Origin: Asterionella formosa
Lineage: Eukaryota
Length of the DNA stretch: 64,000 nt
Direction of reading: 5' to 3'
NCBI GenBank assembly: GCA_002256025.1
Contig: NKIB01012814.1
Location: 1 to 64,000, forward strand
The notes beneath the pieces are model-generated. The model was given only the letters and a program-made list of their open reading frames with translations, did not search any database and was not told the DNA's origin. Numbering within the stretch: position 1 is the stretch's first letter; each line of letters begins with the position of its first letter. The translations under genes were made by a program, and so were the position numbers. Of this stretch, positions 62,469 to 64,000 are shown piece after piece.

Positions 62469-63692
62469 CTAGATAGGAATATCATGAGTTTTCCTATATC
62501 TAACGAGCTCTTCCAAGGCAGACTGAATCGACGCAAATATGAATTTTTTGCGCTTTGTGGTGATCATGGCTTATCACTCCATATGCAATCGTTTTTGTTT
62601 GTTGAGCCAAGTTGGTTGTAATAACTGGAAAAACGCCGTTTCCTTCTTGTGTGAGTCTGTAAGATGCATCAGCAGCAAAGAAGATTGGATTGCCCCAGAA
62701 TCGCTGTCAGTACGCATTCAGCAACAAATTCTCGGTTGTTAGTACAGCTACCAAAGAGTTGTCTTCTGGTCGACAGTCTATGCCAAGTAGGTACATCGAA
62801 TGTTGCGTGAAATTAAAGATATTTCCCTTCTTATACGATTCAAGGACAGCAGCGATTCCTCCCCAGTTATTGCCTTGACCATTTATTAGCCCAACCGATT
62901 TATTGCGTAAGCGAGTGAGTTGTCCTTTAATGCACTTTTTCAACTTTTCATCAACAGGAATTCCTTTTGCCCTATAGCCTCAGCAATGTAGCGTGCTGGT
63001 TTCATGTTCAATTTATTCGGGGAAGTAATTAACACAGACTGATAGTATTTGTGAATACGTTTCCTTATGCCATCCTTGACAACATTATGTTGTGTGTGTT
63101 TTAAGTCACCAATCTCAATTGTGGTCAAATTTGTTTTGGTATTGAATAATTCCCGAATTACAAAGGGACATTTACAGGAATGGAAAAATGTGCATCTTTT
63201 CTTTGTAACTCTAATGCCGTCAGCTCTAAGGTATGGACGATCTTTTGATAACCACATGAGACTCCCGCCACCTCCAAAATTCCGTTTTCCCAAATCGCAA
63301 AGGATACCTTCAACCTCCCCAATCTTGACATCCGTAGCAAAATAATTATTCACCCACACCTCGACTTTTGTATCATTTGGTGGATTGAAGAAACACAGTC
63401 ATCAAGTGCTAAAAGAACCTCGCTTTCCAAGATACCAGGCTCTTCTGTGACAGTTCCCATTACACCTTCGATTTCTTCGATATCACAGCTGTTGAAATCT
63501 TCCTCGTTACCCTCTTCAAATTTAGGCTATTTTTCGATACCAGAACTGTCAGTACTATCACTGTCGCTATGACTGGGACTGTGATTGGGAATGTCATCTT
63601 CGTCAACCACTTCTTCGCTTTCTTCTGATATCTTCCATCCCAGTGGTTTTCAAACCACTGGGTCGGGATGTAAACAAGTTTCGTCTCAACAT
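62469..63692 (-). pseudogene. MULE transposase N-terminal half gene (WRKY/GCM1-like zinc finger plus first catalytic D), disrupted
   Basis: Acidic leader; RCTFFHSCKCPFVIRE..KHTQH; VLTTENLLLNAY*QRFWGNPIFFAADASYRLTQEGNGVFPVITT..IAYGVIS; ends FIFASIQSALEELVRYRKTHDIPI then TAG TAA TGA. Confidence 0.75.
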
Positions 63693-64000
63693 GGAGGAGC
63701 GTCTATAATTTAATTTAATACCGGTATGTAGTTTTCTCCTCTATATCAACCCAAAAATTCCTTCCTTGGCGGTATATCAATGTGGGTACCGGTACATCGC
63801 TATGCATCCGATTTCTTGACAAAATGTACAGTAGTACAAATATATATTTATTTTTCGATATTCAATATACTAAGTAAAAAGAGTCATTGATAATTTAGTT
63901 AGGAAAAGTTTTAATCATTGATAGAACTTATTATTGAATTGCTACAAATTTAGTCAAAAAAAGTAATCCCGAGTTCCCCTGACTAACTCATTATGCATTT

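Larger units (their letters stand above)
59957..64000. mobile_element. Mutator-like element (MULE), ~4.1 kb; right TIR runs off the window
   Basis: Both arms match the TSD-flanked 12148-13086 element. It contains MULE transposase motifs on both strands. Confidence 0.88.

Noticed and set aside
62469..63692. Ordinary mudrB-like accessory gene
   Set aside because: It carries the zinc finger and DASYRL first-aspartate region, which are exactly the transposase parts missing from the plus-strand gene.

Overview
Eukaryotic nuclear DNA, most likely a diatom or related stramenopile. This is inferred from short 72-78 bp GT-AG introns, diatom-style Copia elements and diatom-type protein families. Seven host genes lie as islands in nested, decayed transposon DNA: a beta-galactosidase 3' end, ATG9, an orphan protein with an internal duplication, organellar ribosomal protein L15, an ankyrin+RBR (ANKIB1/Ariadne-like) E3 ligase, an ankyrin-like protein and a Lag1/TLC ceramide synthase. 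The transposon DNA includes two Copia remnants, a PIF/Harbinger-like family, pogo-like remnants carrying ~190-bp satellite arrays, MITEs, a LINE-like fragment and a Mutator-like (MULE) family. The main find is the MULE at 59957->64000. Its DDE transposase appears split into two convergent genes on opposite strands, each with its own start, leader and stop. One gene carries the zinc finger and first catalytic D; the other carries the second D, CxxH, E and SWIM. A non-autonomous derivative of the same family, with a target-site duplication, sits at 12148-13086. All family assignments come from motif recognition by eye; no database searches were run.
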